This document shows positions 63,464 through 64,000 of a stretch of DNA of 64,000 nt, one piece after another (the first letter of the stretch is position 1; each line of letters starts with the position of its first letter). The position numbers were made by a program, and so were the translations under genes. This DNA comes from Neoconidiobolus thromboides FSU 785 (Eukaryota; Fungi; Entomophthoromycota), in the NCBI GenBank assembly GCA_025603075.1, contig MU626290.1:82987-146986 (forward strand), given 5' to 3'. The notes beneath the pieces were generated by a model. It was not told the origin of the DNA, searched no databases, and saw nothing but the letters and a program-made list of their open reading frames with translations.

Positions 63464-63564
63464 GGGGATGTTTTTTTATTTCATTACTTTTTCCATTTTT
63501 TAGGCGCTATTTGAGTGGAAAGATTGTTAATAAAATTCTTAAACAAAAGAATACATCCATCCAC
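63464..63564 (-). mobile_element. MITE copy 20
   Basis: GGGGATGT start, reverse core, slightly duplicated right TIR. Confidence 0.87.
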
Positions 63565-63731
63565 ATATATTTAATTTTTAAACACTAGCATAAAACTAAA
63601 AAAGATAACTCCAACATGAAAGTTTATTAATTATCAAATAAATACAAAGGTCCTTTAATTAATTTCAAACAACTATGATATTTAATTATGATTAAAACGT
63701 AATTTTATTTACAACGTATTAAATTAGATAA

Positions 63732-64000
63732 TTAAGAGTTCATTTCCTTTTTAGCATCACCTTGTAATTTAGAAGCTTTACCTTCAGCTTGCATTTGCTC
63801 ATTACCAATAGCTGATCCAACAGTATCTTTAACACTTCCTTTTACACTATCTTTAGAACCTTCAGCATAGCCTTTAGCTTGAGCAGCTTTATATTCAGCA
63901 TCACCTTCAGCTCTTTGAGCAGCACCTTTAGATTCAAGAGAATGATTACCAAGAGCAGAACCTACATTTTCTTTAATGGATCCAATGGTAGAGTTATAGT
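63732..64000 (-). CDS. CsbD/LEA-like small hydrophilic stress protein (5' end outside the window)
   Basis: Two repeats: GSIKENVGSALGNHSLESKGAAQRAEGDAE and GSVKDTVGSAIGNEQMQAEGKASKLQGDAKK; stop at 63732. Confidence 0.75.
   Translation of the reverse strand, partial: YNSTIGSIKENVGSALGNHSLESKGAAQRAEGDAEYKAAQAKGYAEGSKDSVKGSVKDTVGSAIGNEQMQAEGKASKLQGDAKKEMNS

Noticed and set aside
1710-63564. The recurring ~98-bp sequence as a CRISPR array
   Set aside because: Copies are too long, occur in both orientations, are irregularly spaced (57 bp to 15 kb), have TIRs and TSDs, and there are no cas genes; the context is eukaryotic.

Overview
Nuclear DNA of a very AT-rich, intron-rich eukaryote with short (about 45-60 nt) GT-AG introns. 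The gene content points to an early-diverging fungus, plausibly Zoopagomycota/Entomophthoromycotina (inference). I can support about 26 protein-coding genes, mostly housekeeping (VMA3, TFB4, ATG12, MRPL22, PRP31, RTG2-like, KCH-like, G-alpha, TRAPPC12, dymeclin-like, BORCS5-like and others), and one tRNA-Leu(UAA). Twenty copies of a ~98-bp MITE with GGGGATGT terminal inverted repeats and AT target-site duplications lie between the genes, along with stop-riddled relic ORFs that show C-to-T erosion. Strongest leads: (1) an intact, intronless, full-length eEF2 paralog whose G3 motif and catalytic His are replaced (DSPGH to ELPAY) and whose diphthamide loop is altered, i.e. a candidate GTPase-dead elongation factor; (2) two paralogous 79-aa prepropeptides that would release a 40-aa amphipathic helix-hinge-helix peptide, one beside a class-A-like GPCR and the other near a G-alpha gene; (3) the MITE family, which carries an intron-like GT...TACTAAC...AG cassette of the host's intron size; (4) RIP-like erosion of duplicated DNA. 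All assignments come from reading motifs by eye. No database search was run, and exon boundaries are manual.
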